Below are positions 55,924 to 64,000 of a DNA stretch of 64,000 bases, one piece after another. Origin of the DNA: a virus; the IMG/VR virus record IMGVR_UViG_3300023084_000003; one strand, given 5' to 3'. A program made the position numbers and the translations under genes. Position 1 is the stretch's first letter. Every line of letters starts with the position of its first letter. Under the pieces are notes generated by a model that was not told the origin of the DNA, made no database searches, and saw only the letters and a program-made list of their open reading frames with translations.

Positions 55924-55996
55924 AACCACAGCATCCTTATTATTATTGTTATTATCACGATGCTCACCATGACCATCCAAACAATATTTATATTTT

Positions 55997-56395
55997 TCAC
56001 ACTCCCCCTGTGACAAGTTTGCTATGTACATATTTCATATCTTCTTTACTCAAAGCTTTCTGGTACATCTTGGCTACGGTACGGTTACACTGATAGACCT
56101 GCTGGATTGCATCTAAGTCTGCATCTTTATCGGCCTTTGGCCACTTTGAGAAACGTTTACGCTTGCGTAGTGCTCCACGATAATATTGAAACTGAGCGGC
56201 ATGGAACATATGAGCTCGTTGATTCATTTCATTCGCATGTAAGATAGTATCCTCGAAGTTTGCGAAACCACGATTTACCATATAAGGAATGTACTGCTTT
56301 TCAATCAGTTCTGGATTTTCGTTATTGTTAATCAGATCTTCCTTCGAGAAAGAAGCTGCTGTCATAAAATCAAATGGGTTATAGTCCTTCGCCAC
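55997..56395 (-). CDS. gp62: Clamp loader small subunit gp62
   Basis: PFDF...Y.PYMVNRGF...D.IL.ANEMN...QF.YY...LRKRKRFSKW.K. Probable GTG start at 56395 (the track gives 56407). Confidence 0.9.
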   Translation of the reverse strand: MAKDYNPFDFMTAASFSKEDLINNNENPELIEKQYIPYMVNRGFANFEDTILHANEMNQRAHMFHAAQFQYYRGALRKRKRFSKWPKADKDADLDAIQQVYQCNRTVAKMYQKALSKEDMKYVHSKLVTGGV

Positions 56396-56576
56396 GAGCT
56401 TCCTCAATCTTTTTCAAAATATCATTTAAATCATCTGCACAAGTGGGGCAGGCTTTTAATTCAAGAGGCCCTTCACTTGTATCTAATTTTATACTAAACA
56501 AGTCAGCTTTGTCAACTGTTTTTTCACAATAAAAGCAAGTATGCTTTTTAATAAGACGTTTCATCCATTCGCTCAT
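56379..56576 (-). CDS. Small CxxC...CxxC zinc-ribbon protein (65 aa)
   Basis: CFYC and CPTC pairs. Tightly packed in the operon. Confidence 0.65.
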   Translation of the reverse strand: MSEWMKRLIKKHTCFYCEKTVDKADLFSIKLDTSEGPLELKACPTCADDLNDILKKIEEARGEGL

Positions 56577-56801
56577 TTACCACTCCGGCGCTGAATAATC
56601 TTTGTGCAATTTATATGAAGCTATTCCATCTAATCCATAAGATGGGCAAACGTGAATGTATTCAGGCAAACCTAAATCGTCTTTCTCACCCGCTTCACCA
56701 CAAATGAAGTATGCACCAGTTTTTTCAGGTGAGCTATGCTTCCAAATTTTTAAGAGCTTTTGGTAAAGCTGATATTCATTATCACTAATTTCAACCATCA
56801 T
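56577..56801 (-). CDS. Conserved hypothetical phage protein
   Basis: YFICGEAGEKDDLGLPEYIHVCPSYGLD motif. Start set at the ATG at 56801 to avoid a long overlap (track gives 56846). Confidence 0.65.
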   Translation of the reverse strand: MMVEISDNEYQLYQKLLKIWKHSSPEKTGAYFICGEAGEKDDLGLPEYIHVCPSYGLDGIASYKLHKDYSAPEW

Positions 56802-56979
56802 CTTCTTCCCAATATCTAACATAAAAGTATTTGCCGCAGTTGTCAATCTCTTTCTGCGGATAACCTTCGCTCAACAGCCAAGGAAGGATACTTTCATCTT
56901 CGCCTAAGTCTGCGGGTAAAGGTTTAGGAAAACCATACTTCCAACCGCTGGGCGGATCGCACATCATCACTTTAGCCAT
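56791..56979 (-). CDS. Conserved hypothetical phage protein (62 aa)
   Basis: DPPSGWKYGFPKP...WLLSEGYPQ motif. Confidence 0.65.
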   Translation of the reverse strand: MAKVMMCDPPSGWKYGFPKPLPADLGEDESILPWLLSEGYPQKEIDNCGKYFYVRYWEEDDG

Positions 56980-56980
56980 T

Positions 56981-57202
56981 TCATACTACAATATCAACGA
57001 ATTGTCCCTGTGGTTTCTCATCAATCACTCGACCAGCATGGTCGTAACGGGTCCATTGAACGGTTTCAACCCATGTCACTCCAGTCGGTGTTTCAAGATG
57101 TTTCGTTTGTGTTACCTTAACACCATGAACAGTAGTATTAGTGGTGTAGTAATTACTTGTTGTAATCTGTGGCATGATGCCATATACTTCTACGTTATTC
57201 AT
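56981..57202 (-). CDS. Hypothetical protein (73 aa)
   Basis: ATGA overlap with gp44. Fills the gap in the operon. Confidence 0.55.
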   Translation of the reverse strand: MNNVEVYGIMPQITTSNYYTTNTTVHGVKVTQTKHLETPTGVTWVETVQWTRYDHAGRVIDEKPQGQFVDIVV

Positions 57203-58152
57203 TTAAAGGATGTCTCCATCATGATTTCAGTGAGGCATGCAACCATATTTATCTCAAGATCAGCGACAAAGTTTGCTTTGTACATATAGTCTGCAAGAGT
57301 TACGATAAAGCCTGGCTGAGATCTGAGTTCGACCTTATCATTGGCCATATCATAGATACGACGGAACATCTCGTTCATATCTTGATCTGAGTTCTTTGCA
57401 ACCCACTTACGCATGTTTGTGAAGTCTTTACTCTTTAGAAGTTTAAAGAGTTCATCAAGGGATTCTTGTTTGAGATTAACAAAGATACCTTCATCAATAG
57501 CGCCAGAAGCGGAGTAAGATTGCAACTCTGTAAGTACACGTCGAAAATCAGGGAAGTGTTTTTGGATTACTTTTGCAACAACTGCTTTATCATACGCAAC
57601 GTTTTCTTGTTCAAGAATAGCTTCAACACGGCGTAGGAATTGCATCGCGAGCTTTGGCCGATCGGATTGCTCGATGGTAAAGTCAACCTCTGACAAACGA
57701 GAACGAAGTGGAGAGATTATACGATTTTTAAAGTTACAAGTAAAGATGAACCCGCAATTGCTTGAATATTCTTCAATAAAGTTGCGTAGCGCGGGTTGAA
57801 CATTTGCTGCGTTGAGATAGTCCGCCTCGTCAAAGATGACGTATTTTCTACCACCTGTGAAGGAAACCGCTGAGGCAAACGTGGAGATGTCATATCGGAG
57901 GGTATCGATATTGACGTTAAGTGAGCCGTTTTTAATAATATAATCGCAGCCAAGTTCATCGAGCATAGCTTTTGCGATTGTAGTTTTGCCAACACCTGGA
58001 CCGCCAGTGAGTAGTAAGTTAGGAATAGATTCATCTGCTACAAATTTTTTGAAAGCAGATTTAGTTTTGTCTGGTAGAATTGTGTCGCCAATTACCATTG
58101 GCCTGTACTTCTCTACCCAAAGTACTTCATTTGCTTTTGCATCAATAGACAT
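57199..58152 (-). CDS. gp44: Clamp loader large subunit gp44 (AAA+, 317 aa)
   Basis: LWVEKYRP, Walker A GGPGVGKTT, Walker B IFDEADYL, QPALRNFIEEYS and SRL motifs. Confidence 0.97.
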   Translation of the reverse strand: MSIDAKANEVLWVEKYRPMVIGDTILPDKTKSAFKKFVADESIPNLLLTGGPGVGKTTIAKAMLDELGCDYIIKNGSLNVNIDTLRYDISTFASAVSFTGGRKYVIFDEADYLNAANVQPALRNFIEEYSSNCGFIFTCNFKNRIISPLRSRLSEVDFTIEQSDRPKLAMQFLRRVEAILEQENVAYDKAVVAKVIQKHFPDFRRVLTELQSYSASGAIDEGIFVNLKQESLDELFKLLKSKDFTNMRKWVAKNSDQDMNEMFRRIYDMANDKVELRSQPGFIVTLADYMYKANFVADLEINMVACLTEIMMETSFK

Positions 58153-58171
58153 TCAATCACCATCATCATAT

Positions 58172-58205
58172 AAAAAGAAATGAGGGGGCCGAAGCCCCAC
58201 TCATT
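58172..58205 (-). terminator. Intrinsic terminator with UUCG tetraloop
   Basis: Minus strand reads GGGGC-TTCG-GCCCC, with stem extension AATGAG/CTCATT, followed by TCTTTTT. Confidence 0.8.
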
Positions 58206-58491
58206 ATTGTACCACTTTGTCAGCGAGTGGTGCGTCCTCAGGTACATCCGGAGCTGGAGCATCGGCTGCCGGCATGTTACCATCGGGAGCTCCTTGCGGA
58301 GCATTCTGTTGTAGGAACATTTCGATTTTGTTACGAAGCATTCCAATAATTGCCATCTCGTTGCCGGCTACTGCGCCGCGGCGAGACGCAACGTCTACGA
58401 ACTGTACAACAGTTGCTAGATCCTGAAGAGAAAGTTGGATCGGTTGAGGTGCTTGTCCCTCGGGTGCTTGAGCTGCTTGAGCTTCATTCAT
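58204..58491 (-). CDS. Conserved hypothetical protein (95 aa)
   Basis: LSLQDL...VDVASRRGAVAGNEMAIIGMLRNKI motif seen next to gp45 in T4-like phages. Pro/Ala-rich termini. Confidence 0.7.
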   Translation of the reverse strand: MNEAQAAQAPEGQAPQPIQLSLQDLATVVQFVDVASRRGAVAGNEMAIIGMLRNKIEMFLQQNAPQGAPDGNMPAADAPAPDVPEDAPLADKVVQ

Positions 58492-58497
58492 AATTTG

Positions 58498-59160
58498 TTA
58501 TCCTTTCTGATAAGTCGACTTAGTATCAATTGCCACGAAGTACGTGACGTCCGTACCCTTGAACTCAGAGATTCCCTTTGCGCAAAGAGAAACTTTGTAA
58601 TCCTGAGGCAAGAGCTTAAGATTATCGGTTTTAATGATAATCTTAAATTCATCAGATGTAGTGCCGATTTCAACACCATAATCATCAGAATTTTGATTGT
58701 TGCTATCAATAGCTTTCAACCAGATTTTCCCTTCGGTCCCTACAAAGGCTACCTCAGAGAATTGTAACACACCTGCAGCCTTAAGAACAGACTGTAGGTC
58801 TTCCCAAGAAACATCAACAACTACATCCAGAGATGGCAGTTGAATCTCTTTTTCGGGAGCTGCATGAATCATTGATATGTCAGCGTAAACATATTTCGTC
58901 TTACGACGACCATCGTTGATCATAAAGTATTTATCATGAAACTCTACGTCGGGATCCTTGTAAAGTGATAAAATTGACAAAAATCTTGACAAATCATAGA
59001 TACATGCTTGAGATGGAATCTGATCTGGAATAGTTGCAGACGCAACCAATGTCTTTTCTGGTGTTACTGTTTTAAGTACACCGCCGGGTTTCATAAGAAT
59101 CGACTTGTTGATAGTCGAAAAACTCTTAAGAATGGTAAGAGTACGTTCACTAAACTTCAT
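58498..59160 (-). CDS. gp45: Sliding clamp gp45 (220 aa)
   Basis: MKFSERTLTILKSFSTINKSIL...IYDLSRFLSILSL...NLKLLPQDYKV...YFVA. Confidence 0.96.
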   Translation of the reverse strand: MKFSERTLTILKSFSTINKSILMKPGGVLKTVTPEKTLVASATIPDQIPSQACIYDLSRFLSILSLYKDPDVEFHDKYFMINDGRRKTKYVYADISMIHAAPEKEIQLPSLDVVVDVSWEDLQSVLKAAGVLQFSEVAFVGTEGKIWLKAIDSNNQNSDDYGVEIGTTSDEFKIIIKTDNLKLLPQDYKVSLCAKGISEFKGTDVTYFVAIDTKSTYQKG

Positions 59161-59186
59161 TATATAAGCTCCTTACAAATTTCACA

Positions 59187-60086
59187 TTATGTATTAATTT
59201 TACTACGTTTTTTGGATTTTGTCAACTGTTTTTTATTGGCATAAGTTTTACGATTGCTTTTACTGTCTGCGGTGGCTGACACACCGAGAGAACCAATAGC
59301 AGCCATATTACCTTTAAAGATATAAGTGCCAATGTGATTGAGGTGCATCCAAGGGCACATAATCACTTTCATACCGATGTCACGGGCTTTCCTACAGAAG
59401 AAGTAATCCTCTGATAGATAACGACGCGATTCCGGATCAATTACACAGTCAAAGAACGCTGTGATATCTCGCGAACCATCAAACTTGTCCGTACGAACAT
59501 GATCTGGTTTGTACTGAAGTTCAGGATAGGCATCGCGATATTTCTCAAGTGTTTCTCGTGGAATACACATAAAGCCTGTACCACCCTCACCAATCTCAAG
59601 TGGTTCACCAACATTAAATGTATCTAATTTCTTAACAGGATTAAATACATAGTCTGCTGTATAGTTATCAAGCTCGAATGGATTTTCGTCACCTTTACCA
59701 AGCTCTGCAGCCTTAGCAACCTTTTCCCACGCGATTGTTTTCTTAGGATAAGGTCCTACAACAATATTATGATTCTCGGTGTCTGCTAGATTTACAGCAA
59801 TTAATCCTAGAACATCTTTAGCATTAAATGCGATGTCTGAATCGATGAATACAAGGTGAGTACAATCAGATCTGAGGAACTCATCTACAACATAATTACG
59901 TGCCCTCTGGATAAGGCTCTCGTTAAAGAGATAATAAAAACGGATAGGAATACCATTTGCTGCACACATCATAGCCAGGTCGTTACAGGACTTAGCATAT
60001 GAGCCTGAGCAGTTACCACCGTACATCGGAGTACCGATAAAGAGCTTCTGCTCTTTGAGTTTGTCTAAAGAGATTTCAATTTTCAT
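59187..60086 (-). CDS. GT-A-fold glycosyltransferase-like protein (299 aa)
   Basis: IGTPMYGG, ESLIQRARN, HLVFIDSDI (DxD), GTGFM, YLSEDYFFC and C-terminal HIG. Confidence 0.65.
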   Translation of the reverse strand: MKIEISLDKLKEQKLFIGTPMYGGNCSGSYAKSCNDLAMMCAANGIPIRFYYLFNESLIQRARNYVVDEFLRSDCTHLVFIDSDIAFNAKDVLGLIAVNLADTENHNIVVGPYPKKTIAWEKVAKAAELGKGDENPFELDNYTADYVFNPVKKLDTFNVGEPLEIGEGGTGFMCIPRETLEKYRDAYPELQYKPDHVRTDKFDGSRDITAFFDCVIDPESRRYLSEDYFFCRKARDIGMKVIMCPWMHLNHIGTYIFKGNMAAIGSLGVSATADSKSNRKTYANKKQLTKSKKRSKINT

Positions 60087-60718
60087 ATTTCTACTTGCTC
60101 CATATCATTTTCTGCTCTATGAATAGCCTGAATCCGAAGGATGTCTGCTGCGACATCATGTCTGCTATCATGAGCACTAAATACTTTTTCCCATTGCTCA
60201 GTATCTGCAACGGGCACGAATCCATTCTTTGTTGTAAAGTTAAACTTCGCATCAATAAATGTACGAGTATCACGTATACGCCAGTAAGGAATGTACTCGT
60301 TTAGAAACTTGTCCTTGCCTACGGCCATTGCCATATGATCTAGAATAACTGGGTCAAAACCGTTTGAACGGCTCCACCAGTAATCAACTTTATCTTGAGT
60401 ACGAAGATATCCGATCATCTGCTCAATAAACTGTGGTAGCTTAAGATCATCTGGCTTTGGTTTTAAAAGCTTACGAACTTCTGGTGCTTGCTGTAGCCAC
60501 CAATCAAGATCTGACTTTTGATATTCAAAGTCATAGTTCTTTATTTGATCTTGCAAATCAAGTTTTGCTTTTTGAATGATACCTAAAAGTTCTTGAAAAG
60601 AATAAGGCTCATCAAGAAAGCGATCCCATACAAATGTTGCATAAGAACACTCAATGCCAGGCGCCTTACGAGCACACTGGCCAATTGTTTCAAAGTCTAG
60701 GATAAAGTCAGTTCTCAT
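60083..60718 (-). CDS. dexA: DEDDh 3'-5' exonuclease, DexA-like (211 aa)
   Basis: ILDFET (Exo I), WSRSNGFDPVIL (Exo II), RDTRTFI and HDSRHDVAAD (Exo III). Confidence 0.8.
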   Translation of the reverse strand: MRTDFILDFETIGQCARKAPGIECSYATFVWDRFLDEPYSFQELLGIIQKAKLDLQDQIKNYDFEYQKSDLDWWLQQAPEVRKLLKPKPDDLKLPQFIEQMIGYLRTQDKVDYWWSRSNGFDPVILDHMAMAVGKDKFLNEYIPYWRIRDTRTFIDAKFNFTTKNGFVPVADTEQWEKVFSAHDSRHDVAADILRIQAIHRAENDMEQVEI

Positions 60719-61923
60719 AGAAAAGCCTCAAGTGTAGTAATGTTTTCTTGGTATTCAAGCTTCTGAGTACCATTATACTGCAAAATGTAATCGGTGTCAA
60801 CCATTTTTCTTAGACCTTTAAGTGTTGCTAGAACCTCTGTGGCCATGTCTGTGGCTGTTTGCACAGGGACATTTTGGCAAATATGATTTGCTACCTTAGG
60901 GCCCGCATCGACCAATTCAAAGTCTTCGGGCAAGCCCATGATTGACATAGCTTCTCGGTAATTAATAAATCGATCTTCATCAGGATGAGTAAGCATAGTA
61001 GGATAGTGGCCAACGAAAGCGCCGATACGATCTTTTGGAACAATGACACCTCTTCTCATAATCGACCCACCCTTAGCAAGTTTCTCATGTTTATAGTGGC
61101 ACTTATCAACTTCTTTCTCAAAACCGTTTGCAGCCATCCAGTCAGCAACTTCATTATAAGTTTTACCTGCTCTTTCGATATAAGAGAAAGAATCCACACC
61201 ACGAGCTGACGTTGGATCTACATCGCGAGAATGCTCTGTATGAGTTTTGCCTCCTTCAATCTCTTCAAGAATGTACTTATAGTACGGGTTGTCGGAAGGC
61301 TTTTTAGTATTGATAGGTTCAGTTTGAAAGTTTGATTTTACATTACGAATTAATTCTTCGATTGGTGTGTACTCACGATTGTAGTATTCAAAGATTGGTA
61401 CGCCGTTATCTCGTTTCCAGAAGAAATAAAATGAGCGTTCTCGTACCTGTGGAACACCATGAAGTAGAGATCTAGTCCGGTATACACTCATCGTATATCC
61501 ATTGTCCTTACCAATCTGTTTCAATTGATTACGAACATTAGTTCCAATCTTACCAGCAAATCCTGGAGCGTTCTCGCCCCAGAAACAGTCTGGTCTATAT
61601 TCACCAAGAATATACTTTGCAGTCTCAATCATCCATTTGTTGTTTTCGTTGTCGTCACCGTATCCATGTGACATCATTGATAAACCAGCGCATGGACACA
61701 CTGATGATACAACATTTGCTCTTTCGCCTGGCGGTGGCCTATGTCCTTTATCTAGAACATAATATGGAATCTTGTTGTCGTAATAATTTAGAATATGTTT
61801 GTCATTACCAGCAAAAGGTTCATATGACATAAAATGAATTGGAGGTGCACCAAAGGCTCGATGGGAACCAATAGTTTCACCTCCAATTAGTGGTACGATA
61901 CTTGCGTGGGTAATATCACTCAT
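60715..61923 (-). CDS. C5-cytosine DNA methyltransferase-family protein with atypical SAM-binding motifs (402 aa)
   Basis: Motif IV PC (VCPCAGLS), motif VI ENA, motif VIII PQVRER and motif IX RFINYREAMSIMGLP. Motif I reads IVPLIGG and motif X reads CQNVPV. Confidence 0.75.
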   Translation of the reverse strand: MSDITHASIVPLIGGETIGSHRAFGAPPIHFMSYEPFAGNDKHILNYYDNKIPYYVLDKGHRPPPGERANVVSSVCPCAGLSMMSHGYGDDNENNKWMIETAKYILGEYRPDCFWGENAPGFAGKIGTNVRNQLKQIGKDNGYTMSVYRTRSLLHGVPQVRERSFYFFWKRDNGVPIFEYYNREYTPIEELIRNVKSNFQTEPINTKKPSDNPYYKYILEEIEGGKTHTEHSRDVDPTSARGVDSFSYIERAGKTYNEVADWMAANGFEKEVDKCHYKHEKLAKGGSIMRRGVIVPKDRIGAFVGHYPTMLTHPDEDRFINYREAMSIMGLPEDFELVDAGPKVANHICQNVPVQTATDMATEVLATLKGLRKMVDTDYILQYNGTQKLEYQENITTLEAFL

Positions 61924-62921
61924 GCTAAAAACTTTCTCACTGTTGAGAGCGCTGTGCTCACAGCCTGATGCATATCAAGATAGGCATACAAACCGCAGCG
62001 ACCGATAAAGGTCATATGCTCTGGTATTTCGGCTTTATATTTTTTGTATAGCTCTCGGTTCTTACCATCGCGATCTTTTACTGGATAATAACGTTCATAG
62101 TTATTCTCAGAGTAATCGCATGGTTCCTCGAACGTTAGCGTTGTGATATATTTATTATCGCCGTGACAGGGAATATTCTTCCATTCAGTAACACGAGTCT
62201 TTGGGCCGTGATGAGTAAAGTTTACAGTAGCGGTTGGTAATGCCCGTGGAATCGGCAGGCTTACAGTCTCAAACTTGATTGAACGATATGGAAGCTTATC
62301 ATATTTCCATTCAAACCATTCATCAATTGGCATAGAATTAAACACATGATCGTATTCTTTATCCATATGATAATTATATTCAGTATTTAAAGATACAGTT
62401 ATATTGTGGTGAGTGAGAATGTTCTCAACCATTTTAGTATAGCCATGCCGTGGCATGAATTGTATCTTATCATTTGGAAAGTATTCTTCGTTGTAATCAT
62501 CACGAATAGGAACTCGATTGATAATATCAGGATTCAACTGATCAAGTTCGACACCCCACATCTTCTTGGTATAAGGTCTGAAGAATACGTCGAGAACATT
62601 CTCCTCACCGACAATATCTTTTGTTTCACGATTTACTGGTAATGTGACGTATTGTCCATCCGAGAGTTGAGCTTTAACTTTGTGCCGATACTCAACCCAC
62701 TCAGTAAACTGTGAAAGCCATTCAAATACTTCTTCATTATTAGTATGAAATAGATGAGGACCATACTTATGAACTCGAATGCCATGTTCATTCTCATAAT
62801 CATATGCATTACCGGCTACGTGATCTCGTTTATCAATTACATCTACATTATGTCCTGCTCTTGCAAGCTCACGAGCAACCACACAACCTGATAGACCCGC
62901 ACCTACTACTAAATACTTCAT
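61920..62921 (-). CDS. glf: UDP-galactopyranose mutase (333 aa)
   Basis: GAGLSG FAD motif, AGNAYD, VHKYGPHLFHTN, LPYRS, TRVTEWK, ERYYP and GRCGLYAYLDMHQ. Confidence 0.95.
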   Translation of the reverse strand: MKYLVVGAGLSGCVVARELARAGHNVDVIDKRDHVAGNAYDYENEHGIRVHKYGPHLFHTNNEEVFEWLSQFTEWVEYRHKVKAQLSDGQYVTLPVNRETKDIVGEENVLDVFFRPYTKKMWGVELDQLNPDIINRVPIRDDYNEEYFPNDKIQFMPRHGYTKMVENILTHHNITVSLNTEYNYHMDKEYDHVFNSMPIDEWFEWKYDKLPYRSIKFETVSLPIPRALPTATVNFTHHGPKTRVTEWKNIPCHGDNKYITTLTFEEPCDYSENNYERYYPVKDRDGKNRELYKKYKAEIPEHMTFIGRCGLYAYLDMHQAVSTALSTVRKFLA

Positions 62922-64000
62922 GCTGCTAATACTCTCTCAAGCTCGTTTCTTTGAATGCTCTGATCCAAAGGATGGTTATCATATAGAGCATCTCGCTGAG
63001 CTTTGGCAGTAGCTTGCAATTGAGTAAGATCCATTGCTTCTACGTCTTGTACTCGAAGTCCAGCAAGACCCTCATCTTTATAATACACCATCATTTCTGG
63101 TTTGTCACCAATAATAATAGAACCGGCGTCAGCAACCTGCAGTGGGCGTGCTCGCCACCACCCAGATCCGGCATGGAAGTATCCGGGCATTAGACAGCCC
63201 CATTGTTGTTCGAATACTTTTACCATTTCCGGTTCGGTTTTACGCTCTGACTTATATTTACCACGCTTTGCGCCATAGTAAACAATCTCCCACTTCCAAT
63301 CGTCAGGTTGCTGCGCCTTGAGCCATTTTCGCGTTTTCTCTTGAACAAGAGACGCAAAATTCCATTTCATTTCTTTTTCTGGTGTATCACCAAAGAAACT
63401 ATCCAAACCAACACTACCTGTTCCATAACCGTTGTCTGCACGACGATTTAGATGATAAGGATTTGGATTATATGTGTAAACGTTTTCTTCTTTCCAGCCA
63501 AGTTCTAGTGTTGACATATCACCACCTGCAAAGGCGCTTACAAGCAAACGATTCTCTTTACTGGTGATAATGTTACAAGCATCGATATATTGTTCTTTAT
63601 ATGACGCTACAGTTTCTTTATCTTCTACACCTTGCCATAGATCAAAGAGATACTGGCGGAATACACCTTCATCGTTTGCTTCGAGCTTCTCTTTATATGT
63701 TTCAATAGTGCTGTAGATCTGTTTAAACTGCCAATCGTCAAAAGCTAAGATGCAGTTTGGGCGAGCATGTACGGCATACAGTCCGGACCATAGGAATTGA
63801 CAGAAGGCCTGGATGCTGTGAATGTATACCACTACCTCATCATAGTGATCTAGGTTCTCGCCTAGTCTGACAGGCCGCTGTTCAACCTCATATCCCATAT
63901 CTTCAAGGCAACGAATGAGTGAATAGTGAGATGGCACAACCTGAAGTTGTTGCTGCAGAAAGAAGTCTTTCGTACACTGCAGCTTATTCATACCTGTTAC
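62918..64000 (-). CDS. GT-B-like glycosyltransferase (resembles T4 beta-glucosyltransferase), probably 5'-truncated by the window edge
   Basis: The frame is open past the track ATG (63991) to the edge (GTA ACA GGT ATG = VTGM). VVPSHYSLIRCLEDMGYEV...HYDEVVVY and WWRARPLQVADAGSIIIGD echo, from memory, the N-terminal and R-x-x-E-type segments of T4 BGT. Confidence 0.5.
   Translation of the reverse strand, partial: VTGMNKLQCTKDFFLQQQLQVVPSHYSLIRCLEDMGYEVEQRPVRLGENLDHYDEVVVYIHSIQAFCQFLWSGLYAVHARPNCILAFDDWQFKQIYSTIETYKEKLEANDEGVFRQYLFDLWQGVEDKETVASYKEQYIDACNIITSKENRLLVSAFAGGDMSTLELGWKEENVYTYNPNPYHLNRRADNGYGTGSVGLDSFFGDTPEKEMKWNFASLVQEKTRKWLKAQQPDDWKWEIVYYGAKRGKYKSERKTEPEMVKVFEQQWGCLMPGYFHAGSGWWRARPLQVADAGSIIIGDKPEMMVYYKDEGLAGLRVQDVEAMDLTQLQATAKAQRDALYDNHPLDQSIQRNELERVLAA

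Noticed and set aside
55924-56031. ORF-track N-terminal extension of RegA containing poly-Asn
   Set aside because: It overlaps gp62, lacks RegA similarity, and the AAT repeats are better explained as leader RNA.

Overview
This is a 64 kb segment of a large T4-like (myovirus) bacteriophage genome, probably aquatic. From 1 to about 28.3 kb (minus strand) is an unusually large block of tail fibre, spike and adhesin genes. It includes a 1581-aa Gly-X-Gln collagen-like fibre with a cupredoxin-like domain and an S74 chaperone, a 3637-aa multi-repeat giant protein, and a fibre plus gp38-like adhesin pair. From about 28.3 to 49.4 kb (minus) is the baseplate operon: VrlC/DUF4815, gp8, an inserted S8 protease, gp9/10-like, gp7, gp6, gp25, an M15 peptidase, gp5 with a C-terminal lambda-R-like lysozyme, gp27-like hub, a split gp53 and gp48. 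From 49.4 to 54.3 kb (plus) are gp4, gp2, gp54-like, gp26, gp51 and a gp29/tape-measure-like gene. From 54.3 to 64 kb (minus) are hsp20, a degenerate dUTPase, regA, gp62, gp44, gp45, a GT-A-like protein, DexA, an atypical C5-cytosine methyltransferase, UDP-galactopyranose mutase and a GT-B-like protein. T4 late promoters (TATAAATA) and three intrinsic terminators are visible. I saw no tRNA, CRISPR array, integrase, intron or homing endonuclease. Best leads: (1) a candidate -1 programmed frameshift fusing gp26 to gp51 just upstream of the tape-measure-like gene; (2) eleven phycobiliprotein-like C-x-R-D helical repeats in the giant virion protein; (3) a Glf + glycosyltransferase + atypical MTase cluster suggesting galactofuranose modification of DNA or virion; (4) a ROSE-type RNA thermometer in the late-promoter leader of hsp20. 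All family assignments come from motif recognition by eye, with no database searches. Domain boundaries and composition figures are by-eye estimates.
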